Positions 1-18,698 of a stretch of DNA of 64,000 bases are shown in pieces. The position numbers were made by a program, and so were the translations under genes. The notes under the pieces were generated by a model that worked only from the letters and a program-made list of their open reading frames with translations, searched no databases and was not told the origin of the DNA. The DNA lies in the NCBI GenBank assembly GCA_033442325.1, contig JAWQFM010000026.1, forward strand, positions 656,170 through 720,169, given 5' to 3'. Source of the DNA: Salpingoeca rosetta (taxonomy: Eukaryota > Protista > Choanoflagellata). Position 1 is the first letter of the stretch, and every line of letters starts with the position of its first letter.

Positions 1-9
1 ACACGCACA

Positions 10-65
<56 letters not shown>
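1..65. repeat. (CA)n microsatellite, representative of dozens of (CA)n/(TG)n tracts in introns and UTRs across the window
   Basis: Directly visible. Other long tracts at e.g. 3410-3497, 3858-3972, 7476-7575, 24424-24494, 34556-34645, 41782-41874, 45957-46047, 63109-63187. Confidence 0.95.
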
Positions 66-70
<5 letters not shown>

Positions 71-117
71 GACATGCACCTTACACGCAGCGTTGCGCCA
101 CCACTGCTCGGTGACGT

Positions 118-691
118 TCACGCGCTCCTGACGGGGATGACTATGGAGCAGCAGGTGAGAGCACCATCCGCCTTCTGCGCTTCAAAGTTCTCAACAAAGA
201 TGGGCCGCACTTCCCCCGACGGGCCTTTGCACAACCGTGAGAGGCTATCGTCGCCACGCTGTGTGTGATACAAACAATCGCCTATGCGGAGAATGTTCGC
301 GGCATTCAAAGCCGTGAAGACCACGGGTGGGACCGCCAGCCCACGCTCTTCCAGCGATGCGGTGATGGATGCCCACGCACTGCGCCCGTCGTCCGTGTCC
401 GCGGCAACAAACCCGAGATCAGGGCCCGCCCACGTCACGACCGACTTGAGGTGCAACGAGTTTGCACCTAGGTGGATGGGGACGACCCGGAAACTCCCAG
501 TACCATGCACGCCAGTCTCTCGCTCAAAGGCCGCCTGCAATGCGCGGTGGCCCAGCTCGTTGGTTCGTGTGGACACGCCGACGTACATGGCGTTGTCCGT
601 GGTGAGGACGTCCCCGCCGTCGCAGGTAGCATCTGGCCACCGCTCACGCATTACGTGAATCGTATGCAGATCCGCGACCTCACTGTGCTGC

Positions 692-723
<32 letters not shown>

Positions 724-1107
724 TTGCTGCTGCTGTTGTTGTTGTGCCTTTGTCTCTTCCAATAGTTTGGTGACGGCGGCCAGCGTGGCCGCCTCCTCGC
801 CCTTTCTCGAATCCGCCCCAGGGTTGGTGATGACGCAGGTGCCGTTGGCGACCACGGCCGTGTCCTCGATGAACATGCAGTCTGGAAACCGCTCGTCTGC
901 GTCCAGCTCAACGACGCGCGCCACGTGTGGGTTGAGCCGCAGCTGCTCCACATACGCTGCATGCTCCGTCACTGCCCTGTCCACATCAATCCTCAATGCC
1001 TCCGCCGCATCCTCGTCGTTCGTGGCGTTGCTGCTCGCGTAGTGCTGCAACGCCTCTGTAAATGACCTTGGCACGCGCCGCGTCAAGCACACCACCCGTC
1101 TCATCAT
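118..1107 (-). CDS. DDAH: Dimethylarginine dimethylaminohydrolase (amidinotransferase superfamily), single exon, with an internal polyQ insertion
   Basis: Motifs 'EHAAYVEQLR', 'DERFPDCMFIEDTAVV', 'ITNPGADSRKGE', 'DGGDVL', 'VGVSTRTN', 'LHLKS' (catalytic His) and 'KADGALTCCSI' (catalytic Cys). Start placed at ATG 1107 (MMRRVV); the further upstream part of the ORF is CA-repeat translation. Confidence 0.9.
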
Positions 1108-1423
1108 TGTGTGTGTGTGTGTGTGTGTGTTTGGAGGGGGGGATCGACTGATCGAGTGAGTGAGCAGCAACACAGACGGACGTGTGTGATGTGTGTGATG
1201 ATTGTTGCTTCACTTCTTTGAGTCCTTTCCCACCAAAGTTTGGACGATCTGTTGGCATCGTTCATAATTATCGCACCAGCAGCCGCAACCAACAACAACT
1301 TTTTTTTGACGAGGCAACAGCACAGCCTGCGCTCGCACCACAAACACAAACATAACCCCCCGCCCCCCCCCCCTCCTCATCTCATCTCATCTCAGCTCAG
1401 CTCACCTCGCCTATCGTGCAAGC

Positions 1424-6903
<5,480 letters not shown>

Positions 6904-7474
6904 GCTGAGCAGCACAAGTGAACAGTCGCCTGATCTCTTATCATGTGCATGTGAGTGCAAGCGTTTTCACAGCGTAAGATGTGTTGTGTGGTGTGTCAAC
7001 ATAACTTAATGTCATGTCACACAAGGTTGGTGCATATGTATGGTTTTTTTCATGTTGGTCTGCACATGAATGGCGGCGTTGTAACGTGCAAGGGTGTCGT
7101 TGTGCCGGGAATTTGCATTCCACAACAACGTGTCTGCTGCTGTTTCAACAATGTGTGCTTGCACGTGGTGTTGTTCTCATGCAATATGCTGCGTGGAAGG
7201 TTTTATTTGATTCCTTTCCCCCTCTCTTGTTTTGCTGAAGTGAACATAAAAGGGACGCACTGGGGGCAGTGCTTTGAACGCAAAGATGACATATGTGCAA
7301 CATAAAAGTAAGCAAGGTTAAGAGCTCCTTGATGTCACATTGAATTCTCGAAAGAGTGAAGTTGCGCAACCGACATGAAGTCACGGCTGCATGCCAACGA
7401 GCGGCCAAGCATGAGGAACGGGCGAAAGTGGGGATGGGGGACAGGAAAAGAAACAAAACGAGGCAAACCAACGC

Positions 7475-7579
<105 letters not shown>

Positions 7580-10500
7580 TCAGGCGCACCAGGAATCGGT
7601 GCAGCGTGGAGGACAATTCACCGTGGTGACGCCAGTGTTTGATGGAGGGCATAAACAAGAGCCCAGTCCTTGGCAGTCAATGTTGAATAGCTGATCATTC
7701 CACCGCAGGTCAATTTCGCCATTAATGGCCGTCACGCCACTGAAGTCAATTGACGTCAACAGGTTCATGCTAACGTTCACCATGCCATCGACAGCCGTCA
7801 CCATCTGCAAGTCGAAACGTGTGAGCATATTGTCGCTCAGATCGAGGGGCCCGTCGATGCTCGACACGCGTCCAAGGTCCACCGACGTCAGGGCCGCATG
7901 CACGCTCAACATTGTCAGCGAGCCGAGGTCGCCAAAGTTGAGGTCGCTGAGATTCGGGTTGTTGCTCAGGTCAAGCTCGCTGACGCTTGTCACCGCACCC
8001 ATGTGCAGCGCTATGAGCTGGTTGTCGCTCAGATAGACGGCGCCAATGCTTGTGAGCGAGGGGTACTGGCTCAAATCAAGGGCAGTCAAGTTGTTGAATC
8101 TGAGGTCGAGTTCCTCGGGGATGCTCTCAAGTCCAGCAAAGTCGACAGATAGGAGCTGGTTGTGGCGCAGCTCAACAGAACGGGTCACCGCAGTCACGTC
8201 CCCAAAGGACACAGCTGTCACCGGGCTGTACGATACAAACAGGCTGTAGATGGAGGTCATGTGCCCAAGGTCCACGCTGGTGAGGTCCGTGTGCGACAGA
8301 ATAATGTTTGAGGAAATGCTGGCCGAACCGAAATTAATGTACTTGAGGGCGCAAAACCGCACGAGAAGACTGCTCTGCATTCGCCCGAGCCCGCCAAGGT
8401 CCACTGACGTCAGCCCTGGGTTGTATTCGATGGTCAGGTACCCCATTCTCGAAACACCAGACACGTTCACAAATCTCAGGTCGTTGCTGCTGAAGTCCAG
8501 GGGCCGGAGGATGGTGGGTGGGCCAACAATGTGCAGGCCCTTGAGGTCTCGCTCGGAGAAATCAAGAATGTCATAGCTGTCCACCGCTCCAAGCGCACCA
8601 AAATCAAACGTTGTTAGGAGGGGATTGTCGTCAAGCTGGAGGAAAGGAAGGTACGCGTCAACAACGTTGCCAAAGTTGATGGAGGTGAGCTGATTGCTGT
8701 ACAAAACAAAGTTGTTGGAAATCTTGGTTAGCCGGCCAAAGTCAAAGCGGGTGAGTCGGTTCCGGCTCAAGTACACGGAGGAACCAATGCTGGTGATTTC
8801 ACCAAAGTCGATGGAGCTGAGCTGGTTGTAGCGCAAGTCGAGGAAACCAGGTATTGTGGTCAGTCGCCCAAAGTTGATGTGCGTCAGCTTGCTGCGCACG
8901 GTGACGCTGAAGCTGTAGGACGTGAGTTGTCCAAAGTCCAGCACGGCCAGGTTGGGGCAATCGTCGACTTTGAATCTGTGCAGACTCGTGATCGCGCCAA
9001 AGTTCAAGGACGTCAGGTTCTCGTTGTCCGATATGTACAGGTCGGTGAGGTCGACTGTTGTGTTTTCAAACGAGACGGTTGTGAAGGAGTTGCCGCTAAG
9101 ATCGAGGGATGACATAACGTTCAGGTTGCCCAACTCAATCGCCGTCAAGCGGTTACCGCGTAGGTTAACGTACCCCTCGACGGAGCGAATGTTACCGAAG
9201 TTTAGCCTGGGCAAGCTGTTGTCTCTCAAGTCGAGGTTGCCCGAAACCGTTTCAAGCTGCCGAAAGTCCACGTGCGTCAAGCTGTTGCCGCCCAGGTTCA
9301 CACTGCTAAGTGCAGTCAACAACCCAAAGTTCATTGTCCGCAGCCGCGTGTTGTCGGTGACTGTGACCGATAGCGCAGAAGACAGTTGCCGCAGGTCGAG
9401 TGACGTGAGCTTGGTCTCGGAGACGCGGAAGTACCCAGTCTCAGTCACGTTGCGCAGGTTCAGGTATGCCAAGGAGGGTAGCACGAGCGATATGGGGATG
9501 TTTGTCAAGGCACCCATGTCCAGAGCAATCAGGGATGGGGCCGAGAATGTCAAGCGCTCAATCTTCGTCACGCCCCCAAACGTCAGCGTTGTCAGGTTGT
9601 TGTTTGACAGGTCAGCTTCGTAAATGTATCCAACGTTGTTGAAGTCGAGCGATGTGATTTCATTGTTGTCAATGTTGAGAGTCCTGATGTACGTTGTTTC
9701 GTTGGCAAAGCGCAGGGAGCGCAGCATGTTCCCTGATAGTTCGATGGTGAGAGAGCCGGCTCTGGGAAGATGAAGCGACGCCAGCTTGTTGTTGGACAGG
9801 TCGAGTGTCAGCGACCGCGACGCGCCCCGCACAGAGCTCAAGTCCACGAAAGTGAGGTTGTTGTTGGGAGCACGAAGCATGGAGATGGAAGTGAGGGACC
9901 CAAACTCGAGGGAGGTGAGCATGTTGTCCGAGAAATCAATGCTCAGCGCAGACCGGAGGCCGCGAAGGTTGACGCGTGTGAGGCTCGCGTGCACTTCAAA
10001 GTGGCGCTTGAACGCCAGCAGCTGACCAAAGTCGAGCACGGCCAGGTCGGGGTTGTCTGTCAAGTCGATCGTTCCCGCAATCGAGGTGACATTGCCCAAG
10101 GAAACCGAGGCGAGGCTGTTGCCCTTGACCAGGAAGTCATCAGGCAGCGACGTGACACCGCGCAGATCAACGGTCGTGAGGCGATTGTAGCTCAGATCCA
10201 CAACCCCCGCCACAGAAACGAGGCTGCCAAAGTTGATGCGCGTGAGGTACTGCTTAGAAAAGGCGAGGGTTTCCAGGCTTGTCACATGCCCAAGATCGAG
10301 TAGCTGCAGCGAGTGCTCGCTGAGGCGGAGGGAGCCCCCCAGCTCGATCAGGGCGCCAAGCCGGAGCTCTCTGATGGGGGTATGTCTCAGGTCAATGTCC
10401 CTACCAACGTGCGTGAGCGAGCCAAAGGAAAGGGCACCAATCTGGTTGTAAGCAAGCAAAAGGTTACGGCCAATGCTCTTCAGCTTGCCCAGATCAAGGT

Positions 10501-13430
10501 ATGTGAGGTCGTTCCCGGCCAGGTTGAGGTCTTCTGCGATGTGGGTCAGGTTTACGAATGAGATGGAGGGGAGGTGGTCGAATGTCAGCGTCAGGTGACG
10601 ATCGACGCGTTCCAGGCCGCCAAGGTCAAGGGAGTTGAGCTCGTTGCCCGTCAGGTACAAGAAGCCAGCAACATGCTTGACACCCTCCATGTGGAAGGTG
10701 GAGCCGGTGGAGATTTCGATGGAGGCCTGCATGGTGGGGCTACCAGACGTCACATACGTCACGACGTTGTTGGAGAGTGTAATCTTGTCGCCCACAAAGG
10801 ACAGCTGGCCAAAGTGAACGGTGTGAATGTTGTTGTCAGCCATGTTCAGGTACCCGTCGATGCTGGTGAGGCTCTCAAAGGTGACCATCGTGAGGAAGTT
10901 GCGGGACAACCGAATGCCACCTCCGGTAACCCTCTGCAGACGAGGAAAGTGGATGGCGCGCAGTTTGTTGTAATCGAAATACAGGCCACCGCCATCCACA
11001 GCGGTGAGTCGCTCGAGGGTCAGCTCCACCAGCCGCCGCCCGCCCACGATGGCCAAGTCGTCATGCAGCTTCGTGATGTTTCCAAGGTTTACAGTGAGCG
11101 GGGTTTGGGAATAGCTGAGGAGCAGCTGTCCCCGAAAATCGCGTACGGACCCAAAGTCGATGCTGGCCAGGTCGGAATTGTACGTGAGGTCGAGGTCACC
11201 GGTGATAGACTCCAAGCCGGCGCACACAAACTCAGTCAGCTGGTTGTGGCTCATATCGAGGGTGCCCTCAATTTTGGTCAGGTCACCAAAGTCAATGCTG
11301 GAAGTGAGGGCGTTGTAGGCCAGGGACAGACCGCCGTTAAGAACAGCGACAAGCCCAACCAGGTGAAGCGCCGTGAGATCGCTCTGTTCCAGCTGAAAGC
11401 CCGAGGACAGGACTTGACCTTGTGCAAACTGGATTGTGGTGAGCGGGTTGCCGGAGAGGTCAATTGCGCCACCCAAGTAGCCTGCAGCAGCAAAGTCAAC
11501 CAAGGTGATGTCGTTGTTCCTCAGATAGACGGTTCCACCAATGTGAGCGATGTTGCCAAATGACAAGGATGTGAGCTTGTTCGACGACAGGAAGATGCTG
11601 CCCTCAACTGTTGTCAATTTGCCAAAGTTGATGCTCGTTAGCTGGCCACTCCCGCCCGTGACCGTTCTCACGGATGTCAGCTGGCCGTAGTCGATGGAGG
11701 CGAGGGATGGGTTGTGGCCCCAGAACATGTCGCCGTCAACAAGGGACACACTGCCCAGGTCAATTGTCGTGAGGTCGTTGTCGCGTAGGTCAAGGTCACC
11801 ACCAATGCTGAGGAGATTCTCCAGCGTCAGCGACCGCAGGTTGTTGTTGTGCAGATCAAGCTCACCACCCACAGTCTCCAGCGAGCCGAGGTCGATGGAC
11901 TTGAGGTTGTTGCAACCGGAGACGCTGAATGCGCTTGTGACGCTGTGCAAGCCGTCGATACGGAGCGAGGTGGCGCGGTTGCCGTTTGCCGCGAAGTTCG
12001 CAATGCTAACCTGCCCACCAAAGCGAATGGATGTGAGGGCATTACCGCTGAGTGAAACGGAGCCCGTCACGGAAGTGACCCCGCGCAAGTCGAGCTCGGT
12101 GAGCTGGTTGTGGCTCAGGTGGATCCCCCCTGCAATGCTGGTAACACCACCAAAGTCAACGGTCGTGAGCACGTTGTTGTTGAGCAGCAAATTGCCGCCA
12201 ATGCTGGTGAGGGCCTGAAGGTCAAGCTCAGATAGCCTGTTTCCTTGCAGGTCGACGCTGCCTTCAATGCTCACGAGGTGGGGCAGCAGCACGCGCACGA
12301 GGCGGCCGTTTGCGGTCAGGGAGCCGTTCAGCGATGTCAACGCGTTCAAGTTGAGCGTGACGAGGTTGGGGTTGCCCTGCAGGTGCAAGTGGCCCTGGAG
12401 CTGCGTCAGTGGGCCCAAGTCGACGATGGTCAGCGCGTTGTCGCGCAGATCGAGGTCTCCACGGATGAGAGCAAGGTTCCCGCCAGGAGAGTTTGTGAAC
12501 GACGCAAGGCGGTTGTTTTTGAGGGAGAAGCTGCCACCAACTGCGGTGAGATCCGTACTCCAGGCGTAGGTCAACAGGCGATTGTTGTCGACGTTGATGC
12601 TGCCGTCGATCGTGGTGATGGTGTTGAGGTTGAGGTGGGTGAGGCGGTTGTTCCTGACGAACACGTCCCCAGCAACATGGGTAAGGGCGGAAAAGTCCAG
12701 GGTAGTGATGGCGTTGTTGTCGAGGAAGATACCGCCGATGGACGCGATGTCCAGAAAGTCGACAACGGTCAGGCGATTGTTGGTCAGGTTGAGGATGCCT
12801 CGGATGGCTGTGAGGCGACCAAAATCCACGAGCTCGACAACGCCGTCTGGCCCTACGACGTCTTCTTCGATAAGCCGAACGTGCCCAAAGTGAAGGTTTG
12901 GCTGCTGCCACGTGATGAGCACGGAGCCGGTGACTTTGCGCAAGTCGTAAAACTCCGTGCAGCAGCAGTTGTCCACCTCAGACGCCTTGGTCAAGTTGTT
13001 CTTTCGAAACTGGTTGCGTGTGTACGGGTCCAGGCAATCGAGCCGCATGCCGCTGGGCGATGACGGGGATGAAGAGGAGGACGAGGCCACGGTGGTGACG
13101 GCGACAGGCACGCCAACGATGATGGCAAGGCCCAAAACGGCAATCAAAACAGCGAGCAAGAAGCGGCGCTTGCACAGGGGTTGCTCTTTGCCCACAAGCA
13201 GGTACTCCATCTCACTTGAATGGTCGTTGTTCACCTCGCTTCCACGATGTGAAGGGGTGGCAGAGGCAGCGGAGGTGCGAGAGGTGGCCGTGATGGCTTG
13301 GGCTTGAGCTGGCGTCGCAGTGTTACCGCTCCTCGTCTTCTGGTGCATTTGGTGCATTGACAAGGGAGTTGTGAGAATGTTGTTGGGTTGGGCCCCCGGG
13401 GGGAGGGGTTTTGTGCCTTGTGCTTTGTGC

Positions 13431-13464
<34 letters not shown>

Positions 13465-13477
13465 TTGTGCTTTGTGC

Positions 13478-13508
<31 letters not shown>

Positions 13509-14576
13509 TTTGTGCTTTGTGCTTTGTGCTTTGTGTGTGTGTGTGTGTGTGTGCTTTGTGCTTTGTGCTTTGTGTGTGTGTGTGTGTGTGTGCGTGTGTG
13601 CGTGTGTGTATGCAGCCGTTTCTGACCTGTGCTTGTTGCTCCGCAGTGTGCACGTGAGTGGTTGTGCCAGGATGGCTTTCGGCATCGGCTGTGCTGAGGT
13701 AGCGCAATGCTTGGTCGACTGTGCGGCATGGCACTGGCAATAAAGCACCATCAACCAAGAATTGGTCGTTGTCCTCGCTCCACTGCACAGCGTGCTGCTG
13801 CATGACCCCGTGCTTGTCCGGGACTCCCTGCATTCATGGAGATGCGCACAGACCCAAGCCATGTGTGTGTGTGTGTGTGTGTGTGCAGGTGTGTGTAGGT
13901 GTAGGTGTGTGTGTGTGTGTGAGTGCTCTGGTCATTCGGGAACATGACCGCAGTTACTCGCACACAGAGGCAGGCGTGGCAGGTAGTATGTGCATGGTGG
14001 TTGTGCGTGCTTGTGTTGTGCCTCGTTTGTGAGCGGCTTGTGCGAAGGCGAACAAACACGAACAAACGAACAAACAGGACAGACCAAATTGATGACAGGG
14101 GCGCTTGCACCGCTTGCAGCACTGGGTTGCTGTTGTTGTTGGTCTGCGTCTGCAGTCAAGGGTACAGACGAAGAGGGAGTTTGTGTCATGCGCTGTGGTT
14201 GCTCTTGCATTTCCACCTCACTAGTTTCCTGTCCATCCTCCAAGTCCCCAGCTTGGACGTATTGGTGTTGGAGGAACTCCGCCATGTTTGGGATCGTTGC
14301 ATGTGTACGGGCATCAGGTGATGCGTTGGTGTTGTTTGCATTGGTGGCCACGCTGGAAAGGCTGGAAGGTTGCCGTGAGGCGGGTCCTACTCCTTCTGCT
14401 GGTTGTGCTGGGGAGTGTGCGGCACGCTGAACGCTAAACGGGGTTTCGGCTGTCTGTGTAGGCGTGTTGTCTGTGTCCTGCAGAGGTGTGTCCGCTGCTG
14501 TCCTATCATCGGCAGAACAGGAGCGGTCTGCCGGGCGACGTGGTCCGCCACCGCGTTCATCAGTTCCGTCGTTCAT
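7580..14576 (-). CDS. Giant (~2150 aa) type II membrane protein: cytoplasmic N-terminus, one TM helix, about 80 tandem 21-22 aa LRR/receptor-L-domain-like repeats with Cys-rich caps
   Basis: Three phase-0 exons: 14576-14085, 13827-13627, 13339-7580. TM 'FLLAVLIAVLGLAIIVGVPVAVTTVA' follows basic KRR. Repeat consensus about LxxIxGxLxLxxNxLxxLDFG. N-cap 'DCLD...NCCC' and C-cap 'CQGLGSCLCPP...CPPRCTDSWCA'. Confidence 0.85.
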
Positions 14577-14669
14577 GTTGACTCGCTGCCTGCCGCGAAT
14601 GAATCGAGGGAGGCGGGCTGCGTGAGCGTGCTGGGGAGTTCTGGCACGTCAATGCAGGCAGTGGCAAGA

Positions 14670-14731
14670 AGCACAGCAAGGTGTTGTATGAGTTAGGGTG
14701 AGCACAGCAAGGTGTTGTATGAGTTAGGGTG
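14670..14731. repeat. Perfect 31-bp tandem duplication (agcacagcaaggtgttgtatgagttagggtg x2) upstream of the giant LRR gene
   Basis: Two identical adjacent copies at 14670-14700 and 14701-14731, read directly from the sequence. Confidence 0.9.
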
Positions 14732-15222
14732 AGCGGTGGCAGGGTGGCGGCAGCGAAAAGGCGAGGTTGTTTGTTGGCGCACGGCGTGCCTGATTGGCGC
14801 GAAATTTATTGGAAAATTTACACAGCGGTCGACAATTCCCACCATTGCCTGCACGCATGCACGACCCAAGAAAGGGAAAGTGCGTGACATGACATGACAT
14901 GACTGGATGACTGTTGGGCCAGCCGCGAAAGAAGAAGAGCAAAACGACAGGGCTTGCTTGAGGGAAGAAGCAAAAGCACTTAAGATTTGAGCTTGGGGTG
15001 CTTGGTATGATGTTGATGTGAGAAGAAAAGGGAACAGCCGAGCTTGCGTGGACAAGAGGTCTTCGTTGCCTATGCAGTTATGACACAAACATTCGCACAC
15101 ACACACGCGCAATCACGCGTACACGTACACACGCACGCACACACACACACGCAATCACGCGTACACGTACACACGCACACACACGTACACACGTACACAC
15201 GCACACACACACACACACGCAC

Positions 15223-15273
<51 letters not shown>

Positions 15274-15309
15274 CTCTCTCTCTCTCTCTCTCTCCTCTTG
15301 GGCTTGGTG

Positions 15310-15524
15310 CTACCAAGAACACCTTGAGGTCGCTCTCTGACCGCAGCAAGGGCGTCCACCTCTGCCCTGGAACGCGGGGCTTGTCGGTGAAACTTGTTGC
15401 TGCCGAGGCTGATGCACGACAGCGNNNNNNNNNNNNNNNNNNNNNNNNNNNNNNNNNNNNNNNNNNNNNNNNNNNNNNNNNNNNNNNNNNNNNNNNNNNN
15501 NNNNNNNNNNNNNNNNNNNNNNNN

Positions 15525-15561
<37 letters not shown>

Positions 15562-15562
15562 C

Positions 15563-15614
<52 letters not shown>

Positions 15615-16267
15615 CGCAAGCACACACACACACACTCACACAGACACACACACACACAGATACGCTTTACTCTTGTGAGAGGCCGTAACCGCCAAGATCA
15701 AGGTCTTCCAGATGTGCGCATGTTGCGTCAAGCAGTGCATTCACATCATCATCGCTGGTATCGATAATGGCGTTGCCAAAGAGGCGACATTTTCGCGTGC
15801 TTGCAGGCAACGCTTGGATGATGGCTGCAGCCTGACCTGGGGAGAGGCCGCACTGTCCCAGATCAAGGCACTCTGCATGTACCACCTTCGTCACAATGTG
15901 TACAAGGTCGACGTCCTTGACCCTGGCGGTATCGAGCGACAGAGCAGGGGGGGGGGTGTGAGTGCACAAGTGTGCGTGCGCGCGCGCATGTGTGTGTGTC
16001 TGATGATGTGTGAGCGCGTGCACACACACACACACATGAAGCCGAAGCCATATACGTGCACACACACACACACTTACACACACACTCTCTCTTTACACAC
16101 CACGCACCCGTCGTTTGCAGCCAAGCTAAAGACGGCGAGGCGAGCCGGAGATTCGAGACGGGCAGCGGTGAGCGGGCTGAGGGCGGCGCGTGTGAGGCCG
16201 CAGCTTTCCAACTTGAGCACCTGCACCACGGGAAGCGACGCGACGATGATGTTTTGTGTGTGTGTGT

Positions 16268-16337
<70 letters not shown>

Positions 16338-18008
16338 CTGGACGGTGGAAGAGGGTTGAGGCGGGCAGGCGGTACCCTCTACACACGCAGACATACACAC
16401 ACACGCACACACGCGCGCGCAGACACACACACGCACACAGACAGACACAGCCATACAGACACAGACATACAGACACACATACACACACAAACACACACAC
16501 ACACACACACAAACACATACAAATGACATCCGCCAGGTGCCTGACCTTGAGCTGCGAGTTCGGGGATGAGAATGCATCCAGAAGAGCAGCACCAACGCCG
16601 CTAACATCATCACTGTCAACACCACCACCACCACCACTGCCGCCCATGCCTGTGGATGAGAGGTCGAGCGTGGTCACGTGTGAGGAGGCAGCCGCTGCGC
16701 GCAGCACATCGCACGCCGCAGCACCAAGCATGGCGTTGTTGGAGAGGTCGAGGGTGGTGAGCGACGGCAGGTGCCCTGCTGAGATGGCAGCAGCGAGTGC
16801 ACGTCCGTCATGCGCGGTAAGGCTTGTGCTGCTCAGGTTCAGCTCTTCAAGCCCGGACACACGCGCGGCACCGCCATTCTCCTGCCGCTGTGACAGCGCA
16901 GCTGCCAACGCGCCGGTCCTGTGTTGTGTTGTGTTGTGTTGTGTGTTGTGTGTTGTGTGTGTGTGTGTTTGAGTTTGTTGGGTGAATGGGGGGGGGGAGT
17001 GATCAAATAGTCAAGTGGTGAATGGCACATGAACATACAGACATGTATTACAATCGCGAACCAGTGGAATCATGCCAGCAAAACACGGATCAGCGGATAC
17101 GCACACAGACAAATGGACAAAGGCAAACAACGCATAATCACGCACACACGCACACGCACACACACACGCACACATAATCACGCACACACGCACACGCGCA
17201 CACACTCGTACAATGTGTTGCTGGCGAGGTTGAGGTGACGAAGGTGAGACTGAAAGAAGCACGCGCGAATGGCGCTGGCGGATTCAGGTGTCAAGCCCCG
17301 ATGCTCCATGTTCAGTGATTGCAGGGATTTGGAGGCCACAATGCCTGCGCAACAGTACATCACGTGGCGGCGGTGAGCGCAGCCAGATGCACAGCGCTGA
17401 TGACTAAGCAATACCGGAGTGTAACATGACATAAGCACAGAGAAACACACACACACACACACAGACAAACAGACAGACAAACCAACACACATACTCAGAC
17501 AGAGACACACACACAGACAAACAGACAGACAAACCAACACACATACACAGGCAGAGACAGACAGACAGACACACACACACACGCAAACAGACATACAGAC
17601 ACACACGCAAGCAGACACACACACACACACACACACTTACGGACCGTTGAGGAGGGCAGCAAAGCCGGCGTCGCCGAGGGAAGAGTTGCCGGGTGACAGC
17701 GTGGTCAGTGTCGCATTCTCAGCCAGCATGTCAGCAAAGCCACGCAGCAAGTCTGATGGTTGAGTCGTGCCATGCATGCATCGCAGAAGCAGCTGTGAGC
17801 AACCAAGGCAGTCACACATCCAACAAGCACCATCCGCGTGATGATGCTTCCTTTGATTCAAGCACGCATCGCACAGCCCATCCACCCACATCCACACGCA
17901 CCGTCGTTAAACGCGCGAGAGATGGAAAAGTCCTTGACATGTGTGTTGCCTTTCAACGCCGTCAGCAGCTGCTTGCACTGGTCATCTGTGATACGGCGCA
18001 TGCTGGCG

Positions 18009-18074
<66 letters not shown>

Positions 18075-18327
18075 CGTGGTGAGGGATCACGCCTACACGG
18101 TGACAGCCTCACAGGCCATGCAGTGATTTGATGTGATCTCACACGCGGCTTCCACAGCACACCACCCATCACACAACAGCACAACCACCCATCACACGAC
18201 ACACCAGCCATCACACAACAACACAACCACCACCTCACCTCATGACGGAGACGGTGGTCAGCTTGTCATCGTTGGCCTCTACCCGCTCAATCACCTCAAA
18301 CTTCCGCTGCACACCCCAAGCCATCAT
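15310..18327 (-). CDS. Ribonuclease-inhibitor-like (RI/NLRC3/tropomodulin-type) leucine-rich repeat protein, multi-exon; 3' end uncertain because of the adjacent gap
   Basis: Exon peptides '[19 protein letters not shown]', '[30 protein letters not shown]', '[19 protein letters not shown]', '[23 protein letters not shown]', '[13 protein letters not shown]', '[17 protein letters not shown]' fit ~28-aa RI-type LRRs. Start ATG 18327 (MMAWGVQRK). Confidence 0.75.
15425..15524. other. Assembly gap (N run)
   Basis: Run of n characters. Confidence 0.99.
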
Positions 18328-18698
18328 TCCCTTGCTTGCTTGCGTTGTGCGTGCGCTTGCTGCCGTGAGTTGTGACGATTCACGAACATCTTCACTCAAC
18401 TTTCCACAATCACAGCACTCAAACGCTGCTGCTGACGGTTTCTCTGCTCTGCACACCCACCCCCCCTTTAGAACTGTGGTGTTGCTCGCATCCCTCCCTC
18501 TCTCCCTCATCTGCGCCCTCACACGCGGCCCACACCCTCGCCGTGCCGCGTTGGTTGCTTGGTCATTCGTTGTCTCTCTCTATCTCCTGGCCTGCTTGTT
18601 CTCGACTCGTCGGCGTCTTTGACTTATCATCCCACGGCGCAGCCTGCCCAGCCACACTTTTTCTTTGCAGCTCCCCCCCCCTCACACACAACGCCGCG

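Noticed and set aside
13340-13729. N-terminal ~130 aa of the 2049-aa ORF (MPHSRP...HTHTKHKAQ)
   Set aside because: Read-through of an intron with CA/CACAAAG repeats; a phase-consistent 3-exon model starting at 14576 is better.
7580-14576. Toll-like receptor, or a functional pair with the kinase-TIR gene
   Set aside because: No TIR domain and the topology is inverted; the TIR gene is about 36 kb away with unrelated genes between, so there is no sequence evidence of linkage.
14693-14729. TTAGGG hexamers as telomeric sequence
   Set aside because: Only two isolated copies inside a 31-bp duplication, not an array.
15310-15424. Apparent frameshifts in the last RI-LRR exon suggesting a pseudogene
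   Set aside because: Immediately next to an assembly gap where base errors are likely; the other exons look intact.
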